DNA of 63,939 nucleotides, counting the filler, from Reclinomonas americana ATCC 50394 (lineage: Eukaryota): the NCBI GenBank assembly GCA_048213135.1. It is 8 parts of 6 records of this genome, joined end to end, with 100 filler letters (N's around TTAATTAATTAA, not from the genome) between each part and the next. Parts side by side here need not be neighbours in the genome. Positions count along the whole stretch, not along the records: positions 1 to 3,759 come from PS015376.1; positions 3,860 to 22,129 come from PS015377.1; 6 more parts are not named here. One strand, written 5' to 3'. Below, in pieces: positions 1-21,444 of this stretch. Position numbers and translations under genes: made by a program. The notes beneath the pieces are model-generated. The model saw only the letters and a list, made by a program, of their open reading frames with translations, did no database searches and had not been told where the DNA came from. The stretch's first letter is position 1; every line of letters starts with the position of its first letter.

Positions 1-2967
<2,967 letters not shown>

Positions 2968-3803
2968 GTTGATAACCTGCACAGAGAGACAAGAGTGGTG
3001 TTTGAGCACACAAACAGGCGCGCGCGGAGATTCGCATCTCAGAATCAGCACGAGGCACGTCACACAAGAAGAATCGTGCACAATGCGCGCGCGCAGTGGA
3101 GTGAGGAGAGAGAGTGCGTGTGCGACAGAGAGAGAAAAGTGTGCGTGTTTGAGGAAAAACACAAACAAAAAAGACGGGCAATTGCGCCATCGTCGTGACA
3201 AAGACAACACGCACACGCACACGCGCGCGTGCAAAGAAGCAGATGAGCGGCGGAGATGGAGGTGTGCGCGCTGGACGAGAGGTGGAGAGTGAGAGCATGA
3301 GTGTGTGACGAAAGCAAAACAAGGCACGTGCTTGAGTGGTGCGTGACATGTCGAGCAACAAGGCGCACGTGCATGAAAGAGAGAGAGAGTGTGTGTACAT
3401 GCGTGTGAGAGCAGCGCGGAGACAAGGCGGCGACATGAGCATCTTTTTTGCAGGAGAAAAAGATGCGATGATGCCAGCGCGTGTGTCAAGTGGTGTGAGG
3501 AGAAGAGTGTGTACGCAACGTGGGTAGTGTGTGGAGAGTGAGGGGGTTAGCTGGGGGGATAGCGTTGGCTCACGAGGAGGCAAGAAAAATGAAGGTGTGC
3601 AACAGTCGTCGTTGGATCAATTGGTCGGAGCTTGGGGCAATGTCGAGATTCGCTGATTCTTTGCAGCAGTGCGTTTTTTTCACTCAAAAGCAGCCTTTTT
3701 CCTCTCCCCTCGTCAGCCTCTCAACTCACACGCACGCACAGATCACTCGTGTGCCTTCTNNNNNNNNNNNNNNNNNNNNNNNNNNNNNNNNNNNNNNNNN
3801 NNN

Positions 3804-3815
3804 TTAATTAATTAA
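3804..3815. other. Artificial scaffold linker TTAATTAATTAA between N runs (also 22174, 32149, 37603, 55160, 59209, 62552)
   Basis: Identical 12-mer with stops in all six frames, flanked by N runs seven times; genes are truncated at several of these points. Confidence 0.95.
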
Positions 3816-3872
3816 NNNNNNNNNNNNNNNNNNNNNNNNNNNNNNNNNNNNNNNNNNNNACACACACCACAG

Positions 3873-4561
3873 GGCAAATACGACGAGTTCTGCTCCTACA
3901 TGTCGCCCTCTGCGGCCCTGAATCGTCGACGGGAGCAGGAGGCTGTGACGCGCGCCGACTCGACCCCGCCTGTGACTGTGACTGTGATTGATGTGCGCGG
4001 AGGGGGCCCGGTGGCGATACCGGCGCCGGCGAGTGTGCCACAAGTGGTGTTGCCGGATGGATTCTCATCGCGACGCGTGTTGGTGTTGCGCGCCGATGAG
4101 AGTGTGTTGGGCGATACGTTGGTGAAGGATGTGTTTGAGAGTATGATGGCGGAGTTGTTGAAGGTGAGCGGTGGAGGGGGATGAAGGGAAAGGGGGAGGG
4201 GAAATGGGGGGANNNNNNNNNNNNNNNNNNNNNNNNNNNNNNNNNNNNNNNNNNNNNNNNNNNNNNNNNNNNNNNNNNNNNNNNNNNNNNNNNNNNNNNN
4301 NNNNNNNNNNNNNNNNNNNNNNNNNNNNNNNNNNNGGAATGGTTGTGGTTTTCATGTGTGTGCGTGGCGTGGGAGTGTGCTGCGTGTCGACTCTCTTCGC
4401 GCGCGCGCTCTATCTCTTTCTTCATCTGTGTGCTTGCGTTGCGTTGGAATGTGTCGAGAAAGTCGATCTCAATCTGTCTCGAGACGATTCATAATCGCGT
4501 TCCCGCTTCGCTTGGTGTTCGTGAAGCGTTGCGTGTTGCTGCCACGTCGATGTGTCTCCTC

Positions 4562-4605
<44 letters not shown>

Positions 4606-7600
4606 ATCTGTGCGCGCGTGTTTGCGTTGGAATGTGTCGAGAAGTCGATCTCACTGTCTCGATCGCGTTCTTTCTTCTCTTGGTTTCTTTGTGTGCGTGT
4701 CCAAGAGCGTTGCTTGTCGGTGTCACGTTGCCTTTCTTCTCCCCTCTGTGCGCGCGTGTTTGCGTTGCGGTGGAATGTCTCGAGAGTCGATCTCAACCGA
4801 TGTCGAGACGATTCATAATCGCGTTCCCTTTTCTCCTGGTAACTTTGAGTGCGTGACGAGAGTGCTGCGTGTCAGTGTCACGTCGATGTGTCTCCTGTCT
4901 CCTCTCTGCGCGCAGGCGTTCGTCTGTTTGCGTTGTGTTGGAGTGTCGAGAAAGACAATCTCCGTCTATGTCGATCGCTTTCTCTCTTCTCTTGGTCTCG
5001 TCGTGTGCGTGGCGAGAGAGCGTTGCGTGTCGACTCTTTTCGCTCTCTCTCCTCATCTGTGTGCTTGCGTTGCGGTGGAATGTCTCGAGAGAGTCGATCT
5101 CAACCGATGTCGAGACGATTCATAATCGCGTTCCCGCTTCGCTTGGTGTTCGTGAAGCGTTGCGTGTTGCTGCCACGTCAACGCTCTTCCATCTCTCTAT
5201 CTCTTTCTCCTCATCTGTGCACGTGTTTGCGTTGGAATGTGTCAACCAGTCGACCTCAATCTGTCTAGAGACGATTCATAATCGCTTCCCTTTCCTCTCG
5301 GTTTTCGTGGATCGTTGCCTGTCGCTGCGCGCGTCGCCGCTCTTCCTTGCGTCTGTTTGCGATAGAATGTGTCTCGAGTCGATTGACGATCGCTTGCTCT
5401 TGTGTCGCTGTCGCTTTCTCTTCACTCCTTCACCTCCTTTCTCTCGTGCGCGCCTTGTCTATTTCTCATTAACTTCTCTTTTGTGTCTCCTGCTTCCTTC
5501 ACCTCCCCTCCCCTCTCCCTCTTCTCTCCCCATTGCCCTTCCCTCATTTTCTTCCTCTTCGCAGCGCGGCGTGGTACCACTGGGCGAATTCGTCATGTCG
5601 CTGAACGGCGCGGTGTTGTGGAGCAATACCGCAGATTACATTGGTGAGAGCCCCTCTCTTCCCCATTTTCCCTTTCCCCTCCCTGCCTCACCTCACTCCC
5701 TCCTTTGCACAGAGGCCTCATCACGCGCCACAGCCACGATCGAGTCGACAGGGTTGCGAGAAGGTGCCACGCTGCGCGTGTACTTTCCGTCGCCCGAGGG
5801 CATGTTTCGGTATCGAGTGCGCGTGCGAGCGGTGGTGGTGCGCGCGCGGCAGGTGGTGCACGAGGAGTTTGACATGGACGCGATGCCGACGCTCAAGATT
5901 TCCGAGCTCAAGGCGCTCATTGAGACGTCGAAGAGTTGCGCACACGAGAGTGTGTGTGTCTGTCTCTGTATGGTTTGCTGACGAGCGCGACAGACATTCC
6001 GGCGGAGCACTACCGCTTCGACGGGCTCGTGCAGGAGGACCAAATGTTGCACCAGGTGCAGGTGGGGTACCAGTCGATACTGGACTACAATCCGCGTCGC
6101 ACCATTCGGTTGCAGTTGCCGACCACGGGTACCGCCAGCTTCCACTCGCCACCGATTGAGACCATGACCATGGTGAGATTGGGAGAGGAAGGTGGTCTGC
6201 TATTGCACCGCAGCTAACGGTGGTGTGTGTGTCGTGCAGGGTGAGTTGAGAAGAATTGCCTCGCGCCACCTGAGTGCGCCCGTCGCCAAAATGTGCATTC
6301 GTCTCGGAGGTATGTTGAATTTTTGAGACGCGCTCTGCTACTCGACACACAGACTCACGCATACCCGCCACAACCACACAGGCGCCTTGTACTCGACCGA
6401 CAATTGTCCCGACACGGTGACGGCCGTGGAGTGCGGCTTCTCACCAGGCGATCTGATTGTAGTCGAATCACGGCATTCACCGTTGCGATACCTCTCCTGT
6501 CATTGACAATTCTTCTGACACACCAGCTGACCGTCCCTTGCCACCACAGCTCGTCGTCGCCGAAGAATTTTGGACTGCAGATCAAGGTTCATGGCGCCTA
6601 CAATCCCTTCGAGGCGGTGGGACCGTCGGCGCCCGAACTGCCGCCCCCGTCACCATTTGTCACCGACAAGGAGCAAGCGAATGCGTTCTCGTCGGCATCA
6701 GTGTCGCAGACGCCGACAGTAAGTTTGCCACAGCAACGCACGCTCGCCGTGTCTCGATCGCCCTCCGCCGCCAACGACGACGCGTCCTTGTTGTCGTCAT
6801 CGTCATCGTCGTCGTCATCCTCCTCCTCCAACTTCAAACTGCAACTCAAGACCGCACCCTCGTCCGACGCCAACTCGGTGGGCTCTTCTGCGGATCCACC
6901 TCCCGCCGGCAACGGCAACGGTCACAATGGCAACGGCTACGCCAATGGAGACATGGGAGGAGGAGGGTCGTCAGGAGGTCACGTGTTCATGGAGACGGAG
7001 GTGTCGGATGGGAAGCGAATGCCATTTGGCGGCATTCGGGTGACGGTAGAGGGCGATGGAGATGCCGACGGGGAGCTGGTCCACAGCGACGACAGCGACG
7101 ATAGCGACGACAGTGACGACAGTTTTGACAGCGACGAGGACGACGAGGATTTCAACAGCAGCTCGCCCACCGACGACAGCGATCAGGAGCACAGCACGAC
7201 TGTGTTTTCGGAGCGCGTGAACAAGATGCGCAGCATCCTGGCGGAGAAGGAGTCGAGACGGAGAGAGGCGGAAGACAGCGGCGATTTGATGTCACCGGAG
7301 AGCGCACTACCACCGGTTTCGGAAGAGGATCACCCGCGCATTTTCAAGGTGGCTCCGGGTGTGGGCGACGACGAGCCCAAGTTGCGATGCTGTTTTGCTG
7401 GAGAAGTATGGATTGGCTGCTCACAATGTCTTGCAAACGCCGCAGAATGTTCCTCCCGTCGGAATCGGTCTCCATATGGTTCCGTCGCTTTCTCAGCTCA
7501 AGATCGATTGTGCCGCAAGTCATTGCGCTGAACCGCGTGTTGAGAGTGCGTATTTCTTTTTGTCACGTCTCTGCGTTTCCGTCGCGATGCTCATTCGGGT

Positions 7601-8593
7601 GACACACATGCACAGGTGGTCGAGGAGCCGGATGGCGCACCGGTGGATGGCAAGGTGGACATGAATGCCGAGCAGATGTGCCTGACATTCGTGCCGAGTG
7701 TGCCGTGGCGCATGGGCACCAAATACACCGTGACTGTGTTCCACGACGCCGTGCTGAATCAAGCCGGCAGTCTGCGACCATTCAAGCCGGGTGTACCACC
7801 GTCGCCGATTGCCCGTGCGCAGGGTCTCATGCCGCCAACGTCGTCACTGTCGCTCTTCACACCACCCACCCTCAAGTCGTCGTCCTCGGCCGGCAGCTTG
7901 GACGGCAAGGGTCGGAGGCGACCGCAGGTAGCCGTGGCGCTGCCGGAGCCAGCACAGTCCTCGTTTGCCTTTATCATGCCCCGATCCATGCCCGTGCTTC
8001 TCGAGGCCTTTGTACACCTGTACGGTATCAGCAATGCAGTTGCGTGGTGTTGTTGTGGAAGCGAGTGCGCGTGAGCTGTGTGTGTATGTGTCTCACCCCT
8101 CCCCAATCGTGCAGGAGCCAGCCACCGTGTACTTGGAGCGCGAGACCGACGACCCGCTGTGGGAGTTGCGGAGAAATCTGTCGGCCAGCTTGTGTGTCAC
8201 CGCCACGTGCATTGCACGCATCCGCAAGCGTGTCAGCCAGCTGACGTTTGAGACCATCTCCTGCGACGCTGACGTGTGGCACCTCAAGTCGGGCGACTGC
8301 CTCGCCCTGGATGTGCTCTTTTTGGAGGAGATTTCAGGTGCGCTCCGCCCCCACGCCCCTCAACCGTCTCACCCGTGCTGATCCATTCCTCAACATGCAC
8401 AGTCTCCATGTGGCTAGCGGCGCATGGACTGCAAAAGTACACCGAGTTGTTTGCGCAGCTCGGCGTGGTGGACATTCGATCGGTGTGCGACAAGCACGTG
8501 CTGGATGTGGTGGTGGAGGGTCTCGATCCGCTCGACACCACCAAGTTCTTTGTGCACTTTACCGAACTGTGTAACGATCTCATGAATGAGTAA
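3873..8593 (+). CDS. Multidomain protein, 5' partial: about three ubiquitin-like domains, Ser/Asp-rich linker, bacterial-type Ig-like (Big_5-like) domain, C-terminal SAM-like domain
   Basis: Ten in-frame GT-AG introns. Ubl-like motifs TIESTGLREGATLRV, TLKISELKALIETSKNIPAEHYRF, TMGELRRIASRHL...ECGFSPGDLIVVE. Ig-like VDGKV...LTFVPSVPWRMGTKYTVTVFHDAVLNQAG. SAM-like VSMWLAAHGLQKYTELFAQLGV. Stop TAA at 8591-8593. Confidence 0.7.
4370..5300. repeat. Intronic degenerate multi-copy repeat
   Basis: Recurrent blocks such as gtcgatctcaa...cgagacgattcataatcgcgttccc and gcgttggaatgtgtcg near 4440-4550, 4770-4830, 5070-5180 and 5230-5290. Confidence 0.8.
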
Positions 8594-8617
8594 AGAAATA
8601 TAACAAATTCTAGTGGT

Positions 8618-10592
8618 TTACGTGACAAGGAGGAGGAGGAGAGCGACAATGATGATGACGAAGAGTGGGAGTGGTCTTGCCACTAGAGATGGTGGTGCGT
8701 CGTTGCGAACAATCGCCGGGAACAGCTCCGGCGCAAAGTCGCGTCCACACAGACCGTCGACGGTATCCGCTGCTGTTGTGCTGGCGAAGGGCGACGCGGT
8801 GCGCACGCTCGGCACCTGCTGCCGAATCCAGTCGAGGTACTTGGAGACGTCGACATTGACGGCGACACTGGCCTCGGCGCCGCAGGCGATTGGTCCGCGG
8901 GAGGTGATGCCCATGATGATGCCTTGAAGGGGGAAGGGGGTGTGGGGGAAGGGAGGAGGAGAAAGGGGGAAGGGAGGAGGAGAAAGGGGGAAGGGAGGGG
9001 GAAGGGAGGGGAATGGGAGGGGAAGTAAGAGGAAAGGGCGAGGCAGATCTGCAGAAACGAGAGGCAAGCGCGAGACCGTGAGATAGGGGAATGAGAGTGG
9101 GGATGGGTCGAGAAAAAACTGACAAGAGTCGAAGCTAGAGAGAGAGAGAGAGAGAGAGAGAGAGTGTGTGTGTGGAAGGGGAGGAGGGGGAGGTGACCGC
9201 GAGAGCAGAAAGACGAGAACTGCTGATGTTGGATGCAATGGAGCGAAGCAGAGGCGGATAGAGAGGTGCGAGTGGGGAGAGGTGAGCCCAGCGACGAGAA
9301 TGCTGGTGCACATGGCAGGGAAGCGAATGAGAGGGAGCGAGAGCGCATCAAGAAGAGGAAAGGAGGGAAGGAGAAAGTGACGAGAGGCGAAGCCAGAAAG
9401 AGAGAAGAGATGAACAGGAGAGGCGAACCAACGAAGAATGCTGATGAGGACGGCAGAGGAGAGGGAGTGACAGAGGAGTAAACAGAGCAGGAGGATCGCT
9501 TGAAGTGGATGGCTGCGCGGGCAGCAATAGAGTGCGACAGAGGAATGAGGTGAGGAGAGCAACGCGGCGAATTATGGCAGAGCACAGAGTACAGCGAGAG
9601 TGCAATGGGAGGCGAGTGGAGCAGCAACAGAGTGCGAGAGAGAAATGAGGTAAGGAGAGCAACGCGATGAAGAAAGCCAGTGTGAATGACATAGGAGCGA
9701 AGGAGAGAGGGAGAGAGAGAGAGAGAGAGGTGAGTGCAGAGGAGACGACAGCGCGAGAGCAGCACGTACGAAAAGCTGCTGTGCGGCAGAGGAGGGAGGA
9801 GAGTGGAGAAGAGGGAGCAGGAGAGGAAAGACTGTGCCAGACAGCGACCTTATCCCCTCCACCAGCCTCACCAGTGTACGGGTCAATCACGGGCCCGCCC
9901 GAATCCCCCGAGCACGTATCCGACCCAGGCGTGGTTCGCAAACAAAAATCGCCGGGCCCCACCTGAAACGCATCGGCGCCACCCGGCTGCGCCAACTTGC
10001 ACGACGCCGCCACCACCAGCGTAACCCTCTGCAACACCGCCGGCTGCGTCGGATCATTAGGCGACTCCACGGGCGCCGTCGGATCGCGCACTCGCCCAAA
10101 TCCAATCGCCGTCAGCGCCTGCTCCGCGCGCGCAGCCTCCACGCTCAACACGCCCGTATCTATCACAAATCGCCGCACATCGCACTCAATTGCCCGATCG
10201 AGAAACAACAGCGCTATATCGTGTGCCGGCGACAGCGCCGGCATGTACTGCGGATGCATGTGCATACTGCGCACAGCAGCAGTCTGCGACGCCGGCTGTT
10301 GATCGACTCCCGACGCTTCACGATGATAAACGTCGAGCACGCGACCGACTTCGACGACGACCAGCTCCAGTTGCTGCTCAATGGCGCCGACGCAATGCGC
10401 CGCCGTCAGGACCGCGTCCGGCGCCACCAGTGTCCCTCCGCACACGGCCGGACCCTCGCGTGTGGCGCGAATCATGGCGTAAAACGGGAACTCTCCGCTG
10501 CTCACAGGCGAGCCACCAATGATCCTTGGTGTCAGCTCGCAGTTGCATAGACAGCAGCAGCAGAGCAGGAGGAGGAGCACAATGACGCGCAT
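8618..10592 (-). CDS. Trypsin-like (S1) serine protease with signal peptide and C-terminal hydrophobic anchor
   Basis: MRVIVLLLLLCCC signal, R-IIGG activation site, CGGTL, TAAHC, DIALL and DTCSGDSGGP motifs. One intron at 9871-8923. Ends LFVIIIVALLLLLVT*. Confidence 0.93.
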
Positions 10593-11096
10593 TGGTTGAA
10601 GAGTTGCGAGTGGTACAATTGCAAGCGCGAGCTCTGTCCGTGTGCACCGTTGCAACAACCCGGACGCAATGGAAGTCGGGGGTATGTCTCTCTCTGCTCT
10701 CTCTCTCTCTCTGTCTATGTGTGCGTGTGTGTGTGTGTTGCCCGTCAATGTCTGTGTCTATGTTGTGGTATGTTTGGTATCATGCGTGGAGTTGTCTTGT
10801 TGTTTCTCTCAGGCTCTCTGCTTTGCTCTGTGCGTGTGTGAGCGAGTGTGTGTCTATATGTGACAGGGAGATGAGCAGGCAATGCGCGCACTTTCGTGGA
10901 CAACCGCCACTCTTCGTTTCACTCTTCGCCTTTTTGTGATCGGGCCATGTCGCACTCGGGACCTCTCCTCTCTCTCTCTGTCTTTTTATACACACACACT
11001 CACACTCTGTCTCTCTCTTGTGCTCTCTCTCTGTGTCTTTGTCTCTCATGATGGTGTGTGTGATTTACAGTGGAGTTGATTGATCATGAGACTCGC

Positions 11097-16746
<5,650 letters not shown>

Positions 16747-16979
16747 CGGGACGGAGCACGGGAAGAGGAGGACCGAGTTTTTGTATATGAGAAAAAATGA
16801 GAGAGGTTACGAGTGCGTGGGCGTGTGCGTGCGTGTGTGTGTGCGGCGAGTGACCGCCAATGAGCACCACCATCATCATCACCACCACCACCACCAACAC
16901 CACTGCTATCACCACAAAAGAATATTTGCTGTATGTTTGTTGACGGAAGAGTGTAAGTTTCTTTTCAATGTTTTACACA

Positions 16980-19900
16980 TTACGGCACAAGGTCCTCTTT
17001 TCTGGCATTGCGTGGTTCGCGCTGACAGCTGACCTCGTACGCCTCGTCCTCGTTCATGGTGCCCTCCATTTCCTCCAGCAGCACTTGAATCTGCGGCAAC
17101 CACACAATTATGAAAAAAAGGGGGGGATGTGACGAGACGGGAATAGAGAGGGCAGGCAGGGGTACCTGATGCACAGGCAGCAGGTTGTAGGGCGTCGACT
17201 GGCCCATGAGAATGAGATTCAGCGTCTCGCCCGTGTACCGTCGTCGCTCCCAGTTGATGCATCGCACGCCTTCGACGGCGATCGAGTTGGGATTGTTGTC
17301 CTCGATGCCCACCAGGTCGTTCTGGAATGGCGCACTGTTTGCGGGAGAAGAAGAAGAGTGAGGGGAAGGCACAAATGGCATGCGTGGTACAAAAAACGCA
17401 ACAGGAATGGAATGCACGGTGGGCGGGTCTCGCGCAAAATGTCACGATACTTTTTGTAGCGTCTCTCGTACGACACCATGTCTCGCAGAGTGTCCTTCAG
17501 TGCCAGTCGGCTCTTCTCGCAGCCGGCGGTCGTAAACTTGAGGCGCACCACGGCGTCGGAATCGAGGCCGGAGAGCACGCCGACCAGCGTGGCAAAATTG
17601 TTCAGCACGCGCAGATGCTGCGGGCCAGCAAGGGCGTGAGATTAACGAGCAAGAGCATTGTGTGCAAACGATAAGCACCTGCGCGACGCCGATAAACTTG
17701 GAATACAAAGCGGTGCGCGCCGCCAGCGACTCGGTCGTTACGATTTGTGAGGCCACCCAGAAACCGATGCGATTGAAGCGCTCAATGAGCTCTGCGCGTC
17801 AAAAGGTGAGGGAGCAGTGGGTGGGAAAGGAGAGGGGCGTGCGTGCACACACACGCAACTCATGAGATTCGGGCACTTGTAGCGCAAGTGCGGCTTGCTC
17901 CACGCCTGGCCGAGGAATTCGGAGGGTTGCAGGCGCTTGTAGTACGAGTAGTCGAGGATGCTGAGTTGGCGGGCGATTTCCTCCGCGTCCACGTCGGCCA
18001 GCAGCAGGGAGGGGGAGAAGACGTTGGCGGGGACCTGATGAATAAGGGAAAGGATGAGGGGAAGGGTGGGAAAGGGGAAGGGGTGAATTGAGGGAAAGGG
18101 AGGGAGGGTGGGAAAGGGGTAGGGCGAGAGAGAGAGAGAGAGAGAGAGGAGGGAGGGAGTGAGTAGAAGAAAGAAGGGAAGGAGGAGGAGAGAGAGAGGG
18201 AGAGGAGAGGAAATGAGAGGGCGGAAGAGGAAGAGAGGAAGAGAGGAAGAGAGGAAGGGAGGAAGGGAGGAAGAGAGGAGGAGAGGAGGAGAGAAAGTGA
18301 GAGGGAGGAGGTGAAGAAGAGATGAAGAGATGAAGAGAGGAGGAGAGGAAGAGAGGGAAGAGAGGAAGGGAGGAAGAGAGGAAGAGAGGAAGAGAGCAGG
18401 AGAGAAAGTGAGAGGGAGGAGGTGAAGAAGAGATGAAGAGATGAAGAGAGGAGGAGAGGAAGAGAGGGAAGAGAGGAAGGGAGGCAGAGAGAGGAAAGGG
18501 AGGAAGCGAAGAACGGAAAAGAAATGAGAAAGGATGAAGGGAGGGAGGAATCGGAGTAAACGATGCGAGAGAGGAATGAGTGGCGATGGTGGCGCATGGA
18601 ATGATAGAAGCAGACAGAGGCAAAAAGCATAGAGTGAGACAAGAACGAGGAAAGTGAAGAGGGGTAAGAAAGAATGCACGGCGATGAAAAACGATGAAGA
18701 GGAGAATACTAGCTTTCTTATCAATGTATCCCACTCTCTCTGTCCATCTCAGTTTCTCTCTTCCCTTCCTCCTCGCTCTGCTCTTCCTCCCTGTCTTCCC
18801 CAGCGCATTCCAAGAAGAAAACGAGAGGATTCAGCTGCAAAGATCAAATCAGCAGGATCATCACCTTTGGCATGGGCGGCTCACGCGGGAAGTTGTACGG
18901 CTTCTCCCAGTCGCCCTTCAGCTTCTTCTGAATAATGTTGCGCAGTGACTTGGAGTAGGGGCCGAGTTTCGGGTCGGAGACCAGGTAGGTCTTGATAAAG
19001 TCGTCCTGTAAAGGGAGTCAGCAACGCAGCCGCTCGCGTTCACACAGCATGGCCAACACACCAGCTTGTACTGCATCTTCTCGTTGAAGACGGAAAAGTC
19101 GGCCTCCAGCCACTGGCGAATGACGTTGCAGACGCGCAGCTGTACTGTGGAGGGTGAAATCTGCTCGCCGTTGGGGCCCGGAGGCACATCCAGTGGCACC
19201 TCATATGTGCGCGCGCACACACAAAGGGAAGGTAAGTTGGTTGACCCCGAAAGCAAAAACAAAGAGAAGCAAGGGTGGTATCTTTGAATGAGCTTGTTCA
19301 GCAGGCGCTCCGGTGTCACAAACGACTGGTACGTGTTGAGGAAGATGCGAGTGAACTTGAGATCTGCGTGCACACGGAGTGGTGAGCCGCATAACTCGCT
19401 GACTCTACCAGTATCTTGCCAAGCGTACCGGGAGATGGCGACGTCAGCATCTCAATGAGACGATTCAGCGAGGCCGCCTTGAGCATCGTGTCCTCGTACT
19501 TGATGAGGACCACGCTGAGGTCGCACAGCTCCTCCCACACTGCCACGTCTTCGGTTTCCGCATCGTCGGCCTGTGGATCTTCAAAGCCGAGTTTGGAGAG
19601 ACCGTCCTCCAGCAATTTTTGGTGGGTGCTGGTGCCGTCGCCGTACATCCAGGCCGGTTTGTCGGCTGTAGGGGAGGGGGAAAGGGGGTGAAAAAAGGTA
19701 GGGTGCATGGACGCAAGGGGAGGATGGAGCTCACCGATGACCACGTCGTAGATGCGATCGGTGTGGAAGACGGCGCGTCGCAGGTGGTTCTGCAACATGC
19801 TCTCTTGGATCTCGGCGCGTGGGATAACTGGTGGCCGGACAAGCAGGCAAAGGAGGGAGCACACACGAATCCCAAGCGAATGCAATAGGCAAGAAACAAG

Positions 19901-21408
19901 GACAAGAACACAGACACACACATAGACGTACAAATGCCCAATACAACATGCACCAACACACAAACACAGACGCGCAACACATGCGCGGACGGAATAGCAC
20001 AAACACAATCGCAAACACCAACGCACGGGCATAACACAACCGCAGACGCATCAACACAATGGGGGCGCACACACACACGTCCAAGCGCGTACGTCAAAAC
20101 GCGCACACGAAGCATAACACAAACACACACACACAGCCGCAAAGTCACCACCAACACATGCAACATGCACCAACACAACCGCAGGCGCATCAACACAATG
20201 GGGACGTACACACACATACAAGTGCACCAACACAAGCCATATACGTCAACAAACGCGCATACGAAGCATAACACAAACCACCAACACACGCAGCATGTAC
20301 AAACACAACCGCAGGCACACCAACACAATGTGGACGCAAAAGATTCATGCCACACACAAGAGCACCAGCACAACAAACGAACAACAACACATGCATCACC
20401 ACACATCCACAGACGCATCAACATGATGGCACACACGAGTACATACAAACACATACACCAAACATGAAACACAATGAGCGTGTTAGCAAGTCAGCAAGAC
20501 ACGCTCTTGTAACGTTGAATAGTCGACGCAACATCGAACACCACTCTCGACCTCGAGCGCCATGCGGCTGTTGCGCAGGCCGGTGAGTTGCAGGTGCTGC
20601 ATGATGAGCTCCGTGATGGTCTCGTTGGAGAGCAGGTGCTTGACTTGCGTGGAGCCGGCGTCGTAGATTTGCCCGATGCTGATGGCTCTGTGTGGGCGCA
20701 GCGGTGACGCGTCAGTGGGTGAGGAGGGAGAGAGAGAGGATCTGGAAAACGGAAACCGTTGTAGTGGATACACTCGCTCCCGCAGCTCGGCAATGTACGG
20801 ATTGCGCTGGAGGGCCTTGTCGCGCCATCTCGAGCGGTCAGTCGAGTCCACCGGGTGCAACACTGTGAAGGGGGTTGGCGACGGCAGTGGGGTGATAAAG
20901 ACGCACACGCACGCCACACACCTTCTTTCACGATGCGCTCTCGGGCATTGCGGGCAACATTCAGCTTGTGATGCGACGGTTGGGAGGGGGCGGCGGTGAA
21001 GCTGCCAGATCCCGATCCAGAGGCACCGTCTGCGAAGGGTGGGCAGGGCAAGGGAGAGGGGATGAGATGGAGACACGCGACGCACAGAGAGTATCTGACG
21101 AAAGCGTGGGACTCAGAATGGGGAGCTGAAGAAGAGACAAGGGGAGAGCAACAAAGGGTTGGGAACGGGGAGCAAAAGGATTGTGTGGTAAAACACAAGA
21201 TACACACGACACGAAGAGAGAAATACAAGTCTACGAAAAAGCAAGGAACGAGCATTCGACGAGTTGCACAGAGAGAGAGAGAGAGAGGAGGAGGAAGGGA
21301 AGGAGGAAGGAAGAGAGCAAAAGGTCGTAATAGAATATGTGAGACACACGACACGAAGAGAGAAACACAATCCAAGAGAAAGCAAGAAACGACCATTCGA
21401 TGAGACGC

Positions 21409-21444
<36 letters not shown>

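Noticed and set aside
3804..3815. Recurrent TTAATTAATTAA as a biological motif
   Set aside because: Always embedded in N runs; it is an artificial six-frame-stop linker, so synteny across it is meaningless.
16862..16912. Poly-His ORF
   Set aside because: A (CAC/CAT)n microsatellite between two convergent stop codons, with no coding context.
20765..20771. GTATCC on the minus strand as a U12-type donor in RasGEF
   Set aside because: It is in phase with the acceptor but also reads as plausible coding sequence (RVYPLQR) before an alternative G|GTTTCC donor, and there is no U12 branch site. Unresolved without RNA data.
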